DNA of 63,179 bases, filler included, from Reticulomyxa filosa (taxonomy: Eukaryota > Protista > Foraminifera), in the NCBI GenBank assembly GCA_000512085.1. It is 18 parts of 18 records of this genome, joined end to end, with 100 filler letters (N's around TTAATTAATTAA, not from the genome) between each part and the next. Parts side by side here need not be neighbours in the genome. Positions count along the whole stretch, not along the records: positions 3,353 to 14,850 come from ASPP01019307.1; positions 14,951 to 22,078 come from ASPP01001551.1; positions 22,179 to 26,209 come from ASPP01009995.1; 15 more parts are not named here. One strand, written 5' to 3'. The position numbers and the translations under genes are program-made. Below are positions 12,105-24,594 of the stretch, in pieces. The stretch's first letter is position 1. Each line of letters starts with the position of its first letter. Under the pieces are notes generated by a model, which was given only the letters and a program-made list of their open reading frames with translations, was not told the origin of the DNA and made no database searches.

Positions 12105-13886
12105 ATGTTTGGAAGTAAATATAGCAGCAACTCCAATAAAGATGATACAAGCACCATTTTGGGTGAATGTTATGACTTAAATTGGTTGGTAGACAGCTCG
12201 CATTCGACACAAGAGCGTTACAAAGACTTTTTGTGCCGTATATGTCATAAGATAGCAAACAATGCGCTCGAATTATGTTGCAAAGAGCACGAAAAAAATG
12301 ACGAAGCGTATATAGTGGGGGAGTCGTGTCTACAGAGATATTTAAAAGAGAACAATGGAAAATGCCCAATCACAAACCACAATTCGTGTGATTTTCAGAA
12401 AAGCGTGAGCATACGCAAACAAATAAGCAAGATCCAAGTGCTTTGCCCAAGACAATATCAAATAACAGTGAGCAACACCAGTAGCATAAGATCGGCGAAG
12501 CAGCTGTTGTCAGCAATGAATTTTAAGAAGCTGTCAGGAACAACGGATTTGAATTGCTCGGACAAAGAATGCTCGTTTAAAGGGAGTGTAAAAGACTTGG
12601 AACACCACTTGTTGAAAGAGTGCAGTTTAAGCCGAACAAAGTGCGAATTCTATGAATACGGTTGTTCGGAAGCGTTAGAACCACAACAAGTGGCGTCGCA
12701 CAATCAGTCCAATATGGCCGAGCATTTGCAAATGGTAATGGCCGAATTGAAAAAAAGGCCATCGAAGAAATCAGATACTTCTCATTCGTCTAATGGAAAT
12801 GACAACGGTTCAAGTAATGGCAATGAAAACAATTTGTTGGAAGAAATAAAAAAGCTAAGGATATTGCTAAACGATAAAGACAAAACCATCGAGCAATTAA
12901 AACAAACTATCGAGCAATTGCAACAGAGCAACAATAATAACAATTCAAAGAAAACTCATTCGCGAAAAGAGAGCAAAAACATGAAAGTGGACACGTCCGA
13001 AAACAATAACAACAACAACGACAATAACAAACTAAAAGATACCGTCAAAGGTTTGTTCGGAAACAACGCAATGTCACCGTTAGCAACCATGTCATCTGCA
13101 AATGAAGAGAAAGATAAACGCGAACTTAGCTATTTGTCTTGTGAAGACATGGTCAGAACATTGCGGGCATCCGATTATCTAGAAAATGGAAAAGATTATT
13201 TGTTGGTCGAAAAAAGTAATACCAAAATCCAAATGAAAAATAAAGAATGGAATGAATACAAATACGGAATATTTTTATTAGGAAAGAATATCGAAATAAC
13301 ATGCGATTGTGCGAATGAAGGATTGGGACATCTACGAATACGCTGTAGCCACTTGCTACTCGCAAATGACACTTGTGTTATTCATTGCAATGGGCTGGGA
13401 TTTAAATCAATGAAGGGACCTGGGCATGGAAAACTAGGTGCTGGAGGTGGATATGGCACCAAGGGGACTGGAAAACAAGGGGGCAAATCCTATGGAGAAG
13501 AAACTTTGCTAAAAGAAATCTATTTCGGAAGCGGGGGAGGAGTGCCTGTCATGGGAACCGGCGGTGGGAACGGTGGTGGAATTATTGAGTTAGTCATTAC
13601 ACAGCATTTTGTTAATTATGGCAAGATCCAATGCAACGGATTGGATGGCAGTGATTATCTTGGCGGTGGTGGTGGAAGCGGTGGATCCATTCTCATCAAA
13701 GTTGTCAATGAAAAAAATAATTTCAAACATGTCACGGGCACCTTGCAGTGCTTAGGTGGAAATCCTAATACGTCATGGCGCGAAGGGGGCGTTGGACGAA
13801 TCGCTATTTATGGATTCGCTCTACAACCCAAAGACTTAGAACATATCACTCCAATTCCCTATCACAAGCCTTTTATTATTCAATAA
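12105..13886 (+). CDS. Intronless 593-aa RING-like/TRAF-type zinc finger + coiled coil + glycine-rich-domain protein
   Basis: CRICHKIANNALELCCKEH...CPITNH is RING-like. CSFKG..LEHHLLKEC...CEFYEYGC..H...H is a TRAF-type Zn finger. A heptad coiled coil follows, then GAGGGYG / FGSGGG / GGNGGGIIEL / GGGGGSGGSILI / GGVGRIAI motifs. Confidence 0.85.
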   Translation: MFGSKYSSNSNKDDTSTILGECYDLNWLVDSSHSTQERYKDFLCRICHKIANNALELCCKEHEKNDEAYIVGESCLQRYLKENNGKCPITNHNSCDFQKSVSIRKQISKIQVLCPRQYQITVSNTSSIRSAKQLLSAMNFKKLSGTTDLNCSDKECSFKGSVKDLEHHLLKECSLSRTKCEFYEYGCSEALEPQQVASHNQSNMAEHLQMVMAELKKRPSKKSDTSHSSNGNDNGSSNGNENNLLEEIKKLRILLNDKDKTIEQLKQTIEQLQQSNNNNNSKKTHSRKESKNMKVDTSENNNNNNDNNKLKDTVKGLFGNNAMSPLATMSSANEEKDKRELSYLSCEDMVRTLRASDYLENGKDYLLVEKSNTKIQMKNKEWNEYKYGIFLLGKNIEITCDCANEGLGHLRIRCSHLLLANDTCVIHCNGLGFKSMKGPGHGKLGAGGGYGTKGTGKQGGKSYGEETLLKEIYFGSGGGVPVMGTGGGNGGGIIELVITQHFVNYGKIQCNGLDGSDYLGGGGGSGGSILIKVVNEKNNFKHVTGTLQCLGGNPNTSWREGGVGRIAIYGFALQPKDLEHITPIPYHKPFIIQ

Positions 13887-14950
13887 CAAAATTTTGTTTT
13901 TGGGGAATTGTACATTTGAAAAGCGCAAAAACACGTTCGTCAAACACAGGAGCTTTGCTTTTTTGCAATTACCGTTTGAGTTGTTTCTTTTTTGTCTTTT
14001 GGATGTATGTGCTCCTTTCATTTTGTTTTTATTTTTTATTTTTTTTGGTTTTGTTGCTTCGCTCGTTCGGGTCTTGCGTTTTTCAACCGTGGCTTAATTT
14101 TTACGTTTTCTTCCAATTTTTTAAAACGTTTCAAATAGATTCCTTTCCAAATTATCTTTTTGGCCAACATGCAGATACAACATATTAATTTTTTAACAGA
14201 ATTTGAAAATACTTCTGTCAGGAACCATAACTCAGTTAACAACATTGACTATGTTCATCATGTCAAAAAATAAACACTATCAGAAAAATTAAAAGTATTT
14301 TCTGAATACTATCGATGTCTTGTTCACCATTCAGTTTATTCAAATTTCTAGATATAGCGTAATCATAAACTACTAAAAGTGTAACTTAGCTTCAATTAAA
14401 CTAATGCAAACACTAGTTGAAGATTATCCGGGCCAAGTCAGCCACTAATAGTTTTATCAAAGAAGATAATATTTACAGTATTTGTGCATAGTAACAAACA
14501 AAATGAATAACAACAATCAATGTGTTTTTTTAAATTTCTATCCAGCAAAATATATACATCCAAAACTGATCTGATCATAAAATAGAATGACTTCGTTTGG
14601 ATATTACATAAATAAGGTATAAATTAATTCAATTAAATCAGTTTTTGCAAAAAAAAACATGTGTTATTAATTTTTTGCCTGATATTTATAATAATCGATC
14701 ATTCATCTTGAAATAAATTCGAGTTTTTTCAATACTTGAATGGCTTATATATTGTATAATAAAAAGTGACAACAATTGATCTACTTATGTTGATAATTTG
14801 ATTCCACTGAAATAATAGTAAATGATATTTGTTTCATGTTGAAGCAAATTNNNNNNNNNNNNNNNNNNNNNNNNNNNNNNNNNNNNNNNNNNNNTTAATT
14901 AATTAANNNNNNNNNNNNNNNNNNNNNNNNNNNNNNNNNNNNNNNNNNNN

Positions 14951-15328
14951 TGCGCCCACTCAAAGTCCCGTGGTCGCCAAGTACGGTTTGGATGGACAAC
15001 TAATTTCTGGATTCAAAAACTGGTATTTGCTCATCATCGGCATTGCCGTGTTCATCGTCGTCGTGACCATTGTCGTCATCGTCGTCATCGTCGTAGTGTG
15101 TTGCTGTCGCAGATCCGCGTCAGTCTCAACTCCGACGTCGCCCGACTCGCCCGAAGTCCAGCCGCTCTCGCAGCGCAGGAGCACACTCACTCCGCAATGG
15201 AAAAAAATCGACACGCCGACTTCGGCTGCCGCCGCCGCCGCTGCGGACAAGTCCCTTGCCACAGCGGGAGGACGCTTCTCTTCTACAATTGAGATGAATA
15301 ATACTAAACAAGGTACATTCGCAAATAT

Positions 15329-15366
<38 letters not shown>

Positions 15367-15546
15367 ATGTATACATTTTTATGTGCATGCATGTGTTTGT
15401 CAGATATGAAGACACTACTGAATGACACGGATGATGATGAAGCAGATGAAGAGCTTAAAATACATGCTGGCTATACACAGACCCAACGCTCTGGTCACGA
15501 AACTGTCAATAGCGATAGTGCTGTCGCCGAAGAGTTGAATATTTGA
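14951..15546 (+). CDS. Single-pass membrane protein, C-terminal fragment
   Basis: TM helix WYLLIIGIAVFIVVVTIVVIVVIVVV followed by CCCRR. Intron 15313-15403, then a last exon ending in TGA at 15546. Confidence 0.7.
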
Positions 15547-18500
15547 TTACTCAGCGCTTTTATGCACTTACAGGAAGCATGTCTTGCACCACTCAGGCAT
15601 ATTTCTTTTTTTCAAAGTTTTGTCATTTTCAAGCACAATATAAAAAAAAAATAAAAAAAATAAAAAAAAAAAGTGAGAGTTTGCTCTTGAAAATAAACAA
15701 ACAAACAAAATACTGAACACATATAACGCGTTCTAATATATACATACGCAAGAAGACATTCACCTTGTACTGCTGCTGTGCAAAGGCGCGCTGTCTGTTG
15801 AAACAGAACGTGCTTTGTTTGGTTTGGAGTCAATTTGTGAGCATATCTTTCGCAAAAGTCTTTCATCTCATCCATTTGCAATTTTATTTTGTATGTTACT
15901 TTTTTTTTTTTGGTATGATATTAACATTGTGAAACATCTGTTTTGTGCGATGGACAAAAAAAAAACACACAAATGTTTTAAATTGTTATTCAGTTTGCAT
16001 TTTGTGGTAACTCTATTTTTCTTTTGGTACATTACTATCTCCTGTTTGTGATCCATTTTAATACAAATATCTTTCTGTAGATTATCTCATATCGGATATA
16101 TTTAATTTAGCTATAAAAAAATTGCTTATTTTGTAAAATGTATTTCAAGAAAATACTAATGAGCCGGAGTTTTTGCACTGCATTCCGTGTTGATGTACAC
16201 AACAATTTAATTGTATGATATATTCATGAAATTTACTTTGAAAGATGCAGTGGCAGAGAACACAGAACTGCGTGTTGATTTCTGAATTATTGGTCCAAAA
16301 AAAGATCCAACATTTTGATTTTAATGTTAAACTAGTTAACTTTGCAAAAAGTGGAATTCTTTCGACTGTAGCTAAATTATCCTTATTCAATTTAGAACAA
16401 TGTCAAATAACGTTATTCGCCATTGTTGGTGTTGAAAGACTGGCAACATCACAGAAAAAGAAAGAAAAAAATATAGGACTACCACTTTTTGAGCACCCTT
16501 TTCGGTTGACTAGTTTGTTTCGTCTTTCTATTGATCCTTATTTGTATTCTTTTCGAACGTTTTAACAAAATACAAATTTCTTGGTTCAATTAGTATTACA
16601 ACAATCACATTTCAGCAAAGTTTATCAATTTTAGTATTTTTTAAACCTTTTTTTTCACTTTTTTTTGCCATAGGCGCATACAAGTGCTTCGATTGACTAT
16701 ATTTTGAAGCGATACAACTTTTGAATGCCCATACCAGTATTATGATTTCGCCAGGTTAAAATTCGTGTATTTTCACCAGTTGAAGTAGAGTAAGCACTCA
16801 ACTATGATAAGATTGACATTTACGTCCAGATCAATTAAAAAAAAAAAGTGAATTTGTTTCATTTATGTGTTGCAAAACGAACAAATATCCAAAACAAGAT
16901 ATAACAATGAAATACAAAAACAATTGGATGAGCTGCCGACACAAATATGATCATTGTTTCGTATGTAAGAGTATGCATTCGAGTGCACACAAACACCGAA
17001 GTGGGGTTGTTCTACTTGATGACAAGTCGATGACGACAACGAAGAAGATAAGGAATAATAATATAATATTAAATAGAATCTGTAGCAAGAAAAAAACATT
17101 GTCAATTAGTTCAAGAAATTTGTAACTAATTCGAAACATAATGTGAAAAAATAGAAACAAATATTTGTAAAACCTTAATAAAGTCGATTCCAAAGAAAAT
17201 ACAGTCAGTTAAAAAAGCCAAAGGAAATATAACAAGTTGGTAAACTTGAATTAAATTTTAAAAAATAAATCTTATCATACTCAGTCACAAAAATTTTTTT
17301 TAAAGTAAATGAAAGATTAAAATTTTGTAAAAAATTGGAAATACTTAATAAAAAACCAAAATGATATTTAAAAACTACACGATTCATAGATTTTTTTTTT
17401 AAATAAAAAACATTTTTGATTAAATGTTGTTTTTTCATTGAAAAACACAATCATCTCTATAAGGTGATATTTTAGGTGTCAACTTTCTTTTTTATCCTAC
17501 TGTATGTAAATTGTATTTTTCACAAAAAAAATAGATAATCTAATAATCCCAAAAGTAGCCAATGCATCAAACAAATTGCAGTTTTCAATGATTTAAACAT
17601 GGAGACTAGCATATGTGAACTTTACGTTCGAAAGCAGTATGATTAAAAATTGAACAATTAATAAAAAGATATTTGCGAGATTGCCACAGCACCACAAATG
17701 CTACAAATAAAAAACAAACTAGAAAAGTTGCAGTTTCCTAGAGGAAGAAAAAAAGAAATTAATGGAAAAAAATCAAAACAAAAAACTTTACACAATGACT
17801 GTTTCAAGTTGGATCGGATAACAATGTTTTGACATCACAAAATACTTTTTATATGTTGTCTGTATTCGTGGCATTGGTAACATGAACGAAAATAGTCTTT
17901 CGAAGGTCCCGATTTTGACTAACATACTGTATGTGAATAAACTTTAAATTTTCGACTTATACATATTCAAAATAATTTTTATCATTTCAATCTTTCAAGT
18001 TGATTCGAACTGGTGATGATCCGTTCTATGCCACTTTCATGTAATATCATAGCCGAAGCTATAGTGGGTCCTTTTAGTTTTTACCTGTTTAGATTTTATT
18101 TATTCTTTATAAAAGTTTCTTCTTTTTTCCCATCAAGATTCACTTAGCAATGAAAAATTCGCCTTTGAGTCACAATCCTCTTGGTTGAAACAAACTGACA
18201 GTGATTTTCCTTCCTTTAAATATGCTTGTGACAAACCATTTGTCCAAGCGACGTATAAAAAAAAACAAAATTTAAAAAATATTTGAAGCACAAATAAACA
18301 AAAACACTAGAAAAGATAGTGTAAGTGTACCACCATTCAAAAATAGGATCATTTCTGTTGTTCGAGAGTGTTTTTGCAAATTTCATCAAATAAATGCAAT
18401 GATTCATGCATTGCATTCACTGTTATATTATTATTGTGTTATTGTCAATCCCTTTAAGATATTATTATGGAGGGAAACACAGATGACTTTTTGTGTTTGT

Positions 18501-20132
18501 CTGCATGTAGAAGATAGAAAAAAAAAGATGTGAAATATTACTTCTTTCATCCATATCACAATTGCTATAAATTCCCTCTTTGTCTGTGCTGTCACGATAA
18601 AGACTTATTTGGAATATGTGAAATTAGCACAAAAATAAAATTTGCATCCAAACAAATGACTTGATATTTAAGACTTGCCCTTAATTGTTTTCACTACTTA
18701 ATTTTTTTCTGACCATAAATTGGTTAGTACATTGAATCATCCAAATTGAATACATTCAACAAACTTCGCAGACAATATGTAAAATGTGAATGTCATTATA
18801 TCATTGTGGAGTAATACAATTTCTGGCATTGCATTCAAAATTATCAATACTTCTGAAAGGATTAACAATTTCATGTTTGTTTGCCTTTTTATGCAGTTAA
18901 TTACAATGTGTAACATTGCTAATTCAAATGCGTACATATTGTATTTATTATCATGTTATACTTGTGTGCTTTTAGTGCTTGTGATTATTCTATTGTGACA
19001 ATATATTTTCAAATGCAATGCTACAGTAACTTCAGCTCAAAACTTTTACATAAAGTACTATATTTTTAATATTACATAAACTGGTCAAACATTAGCGTCG
19101 TCGACTGTTTGATATTAAATTTCTCGTGAAACTACAAAATGTGACAATCTAGATCAACAATATTATAATGAGAACTCTTATTTTGTATTTTGTGATAATA
19201 ACTGCAATAAAACGCATTTACTGTCGATCACTAGCTCAAGTCCGTGCATTTTTTGTCAAAGTAACTTTACTTTTTTTATATACTTATTTAAATAATATTG
19301 TAAGGTGCACATGTTTGCATTTTTATTTTTGATTTTTGTATTGTATGACAATGTCCACTATTGATATGATTTCTGCTTTCACTTTGAATTGTTTTTGTTC
19401 ATCAACATCGATGTCTTTGCGCTTCGTCGCATTTGGTTTAGCGATTAGTACAAGTTCCGTTGCTTGTGCTTGCGACAACAAAGGTATGTATTAGTACTCT
19501 TCCACTTCGTTAGTGCTCGTTCACGAGTGACATTGGACTAAATTTCAACACTTCTATGCAACTTCGAAACAATAAATTTCAAAAAAAGGTTCGTTTTACC
19601 ATAAAAAAGTAAAATTGAAAATATGATAGACAGAATAAAGCGCATGTATTCGTTTCTTGGCTATTGGACTCGTCAAAAACTCTGATAGTGAAAAGTACTT
19701 CGGTTGGCAAAACGGAAAATGAAAGAAGTGTTTGTTGTAAATTTGAAATGCAAACATGAGATTAACAAACATCAAGTCATTTAATGTTGGTTCAAAATGA
19801 CCATCAATAAATTTGTGATTTGGATATTTTTAAATTATGTGACCTAAAAACGATTGAGTGATATTCAAAAAAAAATAGAATACTCAACTGTGTTACAAAG
19901 ATGTCCAGCTTCTTGGGAAGGGAAAGGACTGTTGGCATATTTGCGAAAATTTTTAGAAAAAAAGCAACAAGAAAAATTGCTACTCTAGTAGTTCAGTTTT
20001 TGAACAGTCAAACAATGCATATAAAAGTGAAAAAGTATGTAAAAATTTTGTGACTCAGCACAACAAAAGAAAAATGTTCTTTTTTTGTTTGTTTAATTTC
20101 TGAATGTTATGCATTGTCTATCATTGGCTCTG

Positions 20133-21242
20133 TTATCGGAACAACTTCCATGCAAGGACCAGGAAAGCAACGGAATTGAAAAGGCCGTATACGGAAACAG
20201 CAACAGTACAATAAAAGTATGGGAAAAGGGATGTATCATCAACAAAGACCCAAACGCGTCGAATTGTAGGAAGAGTCCAGCAAAGCAAAAGAATAATGGG
20301 ATACAATACAATTAGTTTGACGGTATATTGCCTCCCTTCCTCTCTGCCGATATTGTTTAAAGGTTCAATGGCGTCGACACGTAGTGGTGAGGGCAAATAC
20401 ATGGTTACTTCCTGTTCTTTTTCAGATGAAAAACGAGCGTGGCTTTCGACTTCATTTTCACTGTATTCTATACTTTCTCCACTTATACTGTTTTTACTGC
20501 TAATAGTATCATTTTGTCGAATATACGAAGAAGAAAAGATTGAGGCAATCAATGCTAAAATCAATGCCAGCCACATCCAAATATAAAAACATAGTAAAGA
20601 AAGCAGCATTGGGATAGAGTCATTTTTGAAAAAACACCATCCGCCTTTATTTATTTTTTTTTTTTTTTTTAGTGTGATACTGACTCTAAATTTTCATCTT
20701 CACCCTATTTTGCTAAAAAAAAAAGATACATATAAAAATGCAAAAAAAAAAAAAACCAAGTTGCTCATAAAAATCTAAGAGCCACGGCACAAATGATGCG
20801 CTCAATGAAATTATACTGACAATTGCAGCCCATAAGTACTCATTGAATTTCATATGAGATATTCCTTTTCTTTTCGTTAATCGTACGATGTAGACAGACA
20901 GTATACCTACCCAAATAAATGATGCTGTATCTCCCGCCACTGTCAATGTTGCTTTCATTTTTTTTTTTAAAAAAATAGTATTCTGTGTTCAAAATTTTTC
21001 CCTCCGATTTTATTTGTTTATTTGCTCCGTACTACTTGCACACCTTGTGCGCTGCACAAAAAGGTTCCAGTTTGCGGGGTTCCAAAAAAACCTGCAATCG
21101 AACTAATCAGATTGGATATGGAAATAAACCAAAGTACACGAAACAGGGCGACTTTATCCATACGGTACTTCCAGTACACTCCAGAAACAAAAATTGAACC
21201 CAACACAGAGAAGGCTGAAATTATGATAATCACAAGTTTCAT
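20133..21242 (-). CDS. 7TM GPCR of the cAMP-receptor/GCR1-like (Dicty_CAR) type
   Basis: TM1 SVLGSIFV; LFRVLWFISISNL; the LCSAQG..ASFIW motif; GWC after intron 20645-20756; LYPIILLLCW in TM6; GLFNSVAF in TM7. Confidence 0.85.
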
Positions 21243-21575
21243 ATCTTGTATCGTCTTCTGAGGTAAATGTCAGTTTGTGAATGGAATTATTTCTTCATAT
21301 AGCATGAACTTCAACTTTTTTTTCTCCCTTTTGTAATATTGTAAAAATTTCCTGATACAAAATTTTAAAAATTACTCACAATATTCCGTTTTGCTTACTA
21401 ACATTTATTTTTATTTGTTTGTAGTGTTTTCGGAAAAATAGAGCCAGTAAGTGTTTTTTCTTTATTTTGTGCAAGCCTTGGATTTGAAAACCAGCAGCAA
21501 AAAAAAAAACTTGAGTGATATGGTGGACTGTACAAATGGAAATAAAAACAGGAACTTTTTAACATTTTACATTAT

Positions 21576-21980
21576 TCAATTAGTAGTAGGATGTTGATAA
21601 TGTTGTGCAACACTTGAATGCTGCTCTTTATCACCAGTGAGCGGTTTGTTGCACCAATCCGCAAGAAATTTGGGTGGGGAAATGAGTTTCAACATCAAAA
21701 ATCCAAGTAAAATGGCGAGCGCTCCTAAGACACCCAGGACAGTAACACGGTACTGATTTATAAATACATCGACGACAAATGCCAAAGGCACAATCATGGA
21801 CGCGCCTACATTTGCAACAACCGCAGAAGAGTAGCTGATACCAATGTTCAGCGCGACATCATTCGAGACTAGCAGCATTCCATTGCACAATATTATCCAT
21901 CCAGTGCTGCTTTTATCAATGCTTGACGGATTATCAATCCAAAGAATCCACCAAAACATTAATAAAGAAAACAAGCCTAT
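21576..21980 (-). CDS. SLC35F/EamA (DMT) family transporter, C-terminal exon
   Basis: IGLFSLLMFW...SSAVVANVGASMIVPLAFVVD...GALAILLGF resembles the SLC35F3-5 C-terminal half. The 5' part is lost at the spacer. Confidence 0.75.
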   Translation of the reverse strand: MGLFSLLMFWWILWIDNPSSIDKSSTGWIILCNGMLLVSNDVALNIGISYSSAVVANVGASMIVPLAFVVDVFINQYRVTVLGVLGALAILLGFLMLKLISPPKFLADWCNKPLTGDKEQHSSVAQHYQHPTTN

Positions 21981-22202
21981 ATTGCAAACAGAAATCTTTA
22001 CAAACATATTTATTTGTACTTACGTATACTATATATTAAAAAAAAAAAAAAAAAAAATAATATAATTTAATATAATAANNNNNNNNNNNNNNNNNNNNNN
22101 NNNNNNNNNNNNNNNNNNNNNNTTAATTAATTAANNNNNNNNNNNNNNNNNNNNNNNNNNNNNNNNNNNNNNNNNNNNAAAAAAAAAAAAAAACAAAAAA
22201 AA

Positions 22203-23877
22203 CATAACAAGAAGCAGTAGAAGGTCCAAAAATCTTGTACTTCATCTTAGCAAGAAAAGATTTGCGCTGTGTAGGAGTGGGAGGACGTTTGGCTTTTCTG
22301 ATTTTGGCTTCTTCGGCTTGCATGATTTGGGTCATGCGTTCGTAATAATTGAAATAGGGCTCAAACTGGACTTTTTTCATCAGCTCATCAGATTCGATTT
22401 GGACATTGGGATATTTGATTTTGACGGCAGTGGCGGTCAAGTGCAGGTACTCTTTGAGAACATCAGGTACTTGCAGTTGAGCAAGTTTTTTCACATTCCC
22501 TTCTGCAGCATGCGCATGTTCGTGAGCATGCGATTCAGATGGAGCAGAGTCGGTAATGTGTTGCGTATCACCAAGATTGGGAAGACGAGGAGTAATGATC
22601 TTTGGAGTCGAATTGGTAAGATTCGTAGTATTATTTACATTGTCGTTAGGAACGGAATTCAAGATGGGATCAATATTCGACGGTAAATCGGGATGGGAAT
22701 GAAAAGGAGGAAGAAGGGAGTGTTCAATATATTGAAATTCTTCAGGCTCAAGAGAATACAATAATTCACTCTGTTGCGTGTCCTCATCAATTTCATCAGC
22801 AATATGAATAGTGGCAGTAATTTCTTCTTCAGGTTTTTCGGCGGAATGGACCGCGGCAGCAACAGCAGCCACGGCAGCAACGTCAGCGGCAGTGTTTGCT
22901 TTTTGCACGAGTTCCAAGCTTTTCTGAAGCATAGAAATTTCGTAGACTTTATTATCCAAGTCTTTCAAAAGGTCTTGTTTCTCTTGTTCTAAGCGAGCAT
23001 TTCGTTGAGCCAATTTGATAATTTCATTTTGTACTGACGTGGTGACTTCGTTGACCTCTTCGATATCCTCAGAATTCTCTTCCTCCAATTTATTGCAATA
23101 GTCCTTCAATTGATTGAATTCCACCTCCAATCGGTTGTATTCTTCTTCCCATCGACTGAGCTCATCCATTTTCGCCATTAGCATTTCCATTTGTTGCTTC
23201 AATTGTTGGACGCGCGCTTTTTCTTCTTGAAGTTGCATGTGTGTTCTTTTTTCATTGGGACTGGACAACAACATGGACTCACCTTCTTCATACCCGTCAA
23301 ACTGTTTGCCGGTTTGTGGAGTCGTCGAAATTTCTTGCGTTTTTTGTGTTTCATACAATTCTTGCTCTTTTGCTCGCAATTCCAACTGCTCCTCCTTTTC
23401 GACCATTTCCATTTGCAATTTGTCCATTTTTTGCATTTCCATTTCATATTTCAACTTCTCTTCTTCAAACATTTCATTTATCATGTTGTAATCTTTTTCC
23501 AATGCTTTCAAGTCGTTCTCTTTCATTTGTACCAACTGTCGCATCTCTTCCATCTCAAATTTCAAATCTTCATTCTCTTTTGTCAGATTCTTTATTATAT
23601 CCGTTGCTTGATTCCTTTGCTCCGTTGCCTCTTCCAACTTCATCTCCAGTCGCTTTACTATATGCTCGTTGCGCAAATCCATCGATTTCTTTGTCAGCTC
23701 TGCACGTTGCTCGTTCGTCAATGATGACACATACTTGGCCATCATTTCACTTGTCGCACTGTTCATCGAACCTCGTCGCAGTTTACCTTTGGCCTGTTCA
23801 TTTCCGCGCACTCGAGGATACTTTTTTGCTACCGCTTCTTCCTTTGCGTCTTTTATTTCTTCTTCTGGTGCCGCCAT
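22203..23877 (-). CDS. Long coiled-coil protein with a compact C-terminal helical domain
   Basis: ~560-codon open frame starting MAAPEEEIK. E/K/Q/M-rich heptads, then EYLHLTATAVKIKYP...YYERMTQIM. It runs into a T-rich intron at the contig end. Confidence 0.8.
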
Positions 23878-24594
23878 TACACCTCGTAATTTTTTTGTTT
23901 TAAGGCACACAAAATTTTTAAAAAACTTGTTTTTGTAGGGCCTTTGCTTTTCGATGTAGCTTCCGTAATAAACATTAAAAAAAAAAAGTAGTTTAAAATC
24001 TAAAAATTAAAAGTAAACTAAAATTTGTTGAATTTACTTAATTACACAAGGAAAATTTTGGTAAAATATTTGTAATAAATTGGCAGAATATATTGATTAA
24101 CCACTTCCATTTTCAACTTAGAGCCAAACACCCGAATATTTAAAGTGTCTTTTATGAGGCAATCGATTTTTCCAAAATGTGCAAAGTTTAAATGATTAGA
24201 TAACTTGAGTATTCTAAAATTAAAAAACATAACTTTACAAGAGAATAGCATCCAAAAAAATTAAAACAATAATAAAATCATTTAAAAGCATTTTCTAATA
24301 TTAAAAAGAAGATTAATTGGACTTGACCTTGCGTGAGTTGATATTAGTTGTCTCAAATAACGGAAAAAAAAAGAAAGTTGACACAGTTGTAGAATATTGG
24401 GCGTGTGGATACTAGAGTAAGTATAGGTTAAATTTAATAAGAAGAAGTTTAACTCTCGACAGCACTACTTCTTTTTTTTGCCGAAATAAGTCGAGAAAAA
24501 CTGTTAAAACTCAAAATGTCAAATATTAAAAGGTAATGTAAGTTGAAACCGTAAATTGTAAATCGAGAGATAGAAAAAGTTGTTTTGTGGTTTG

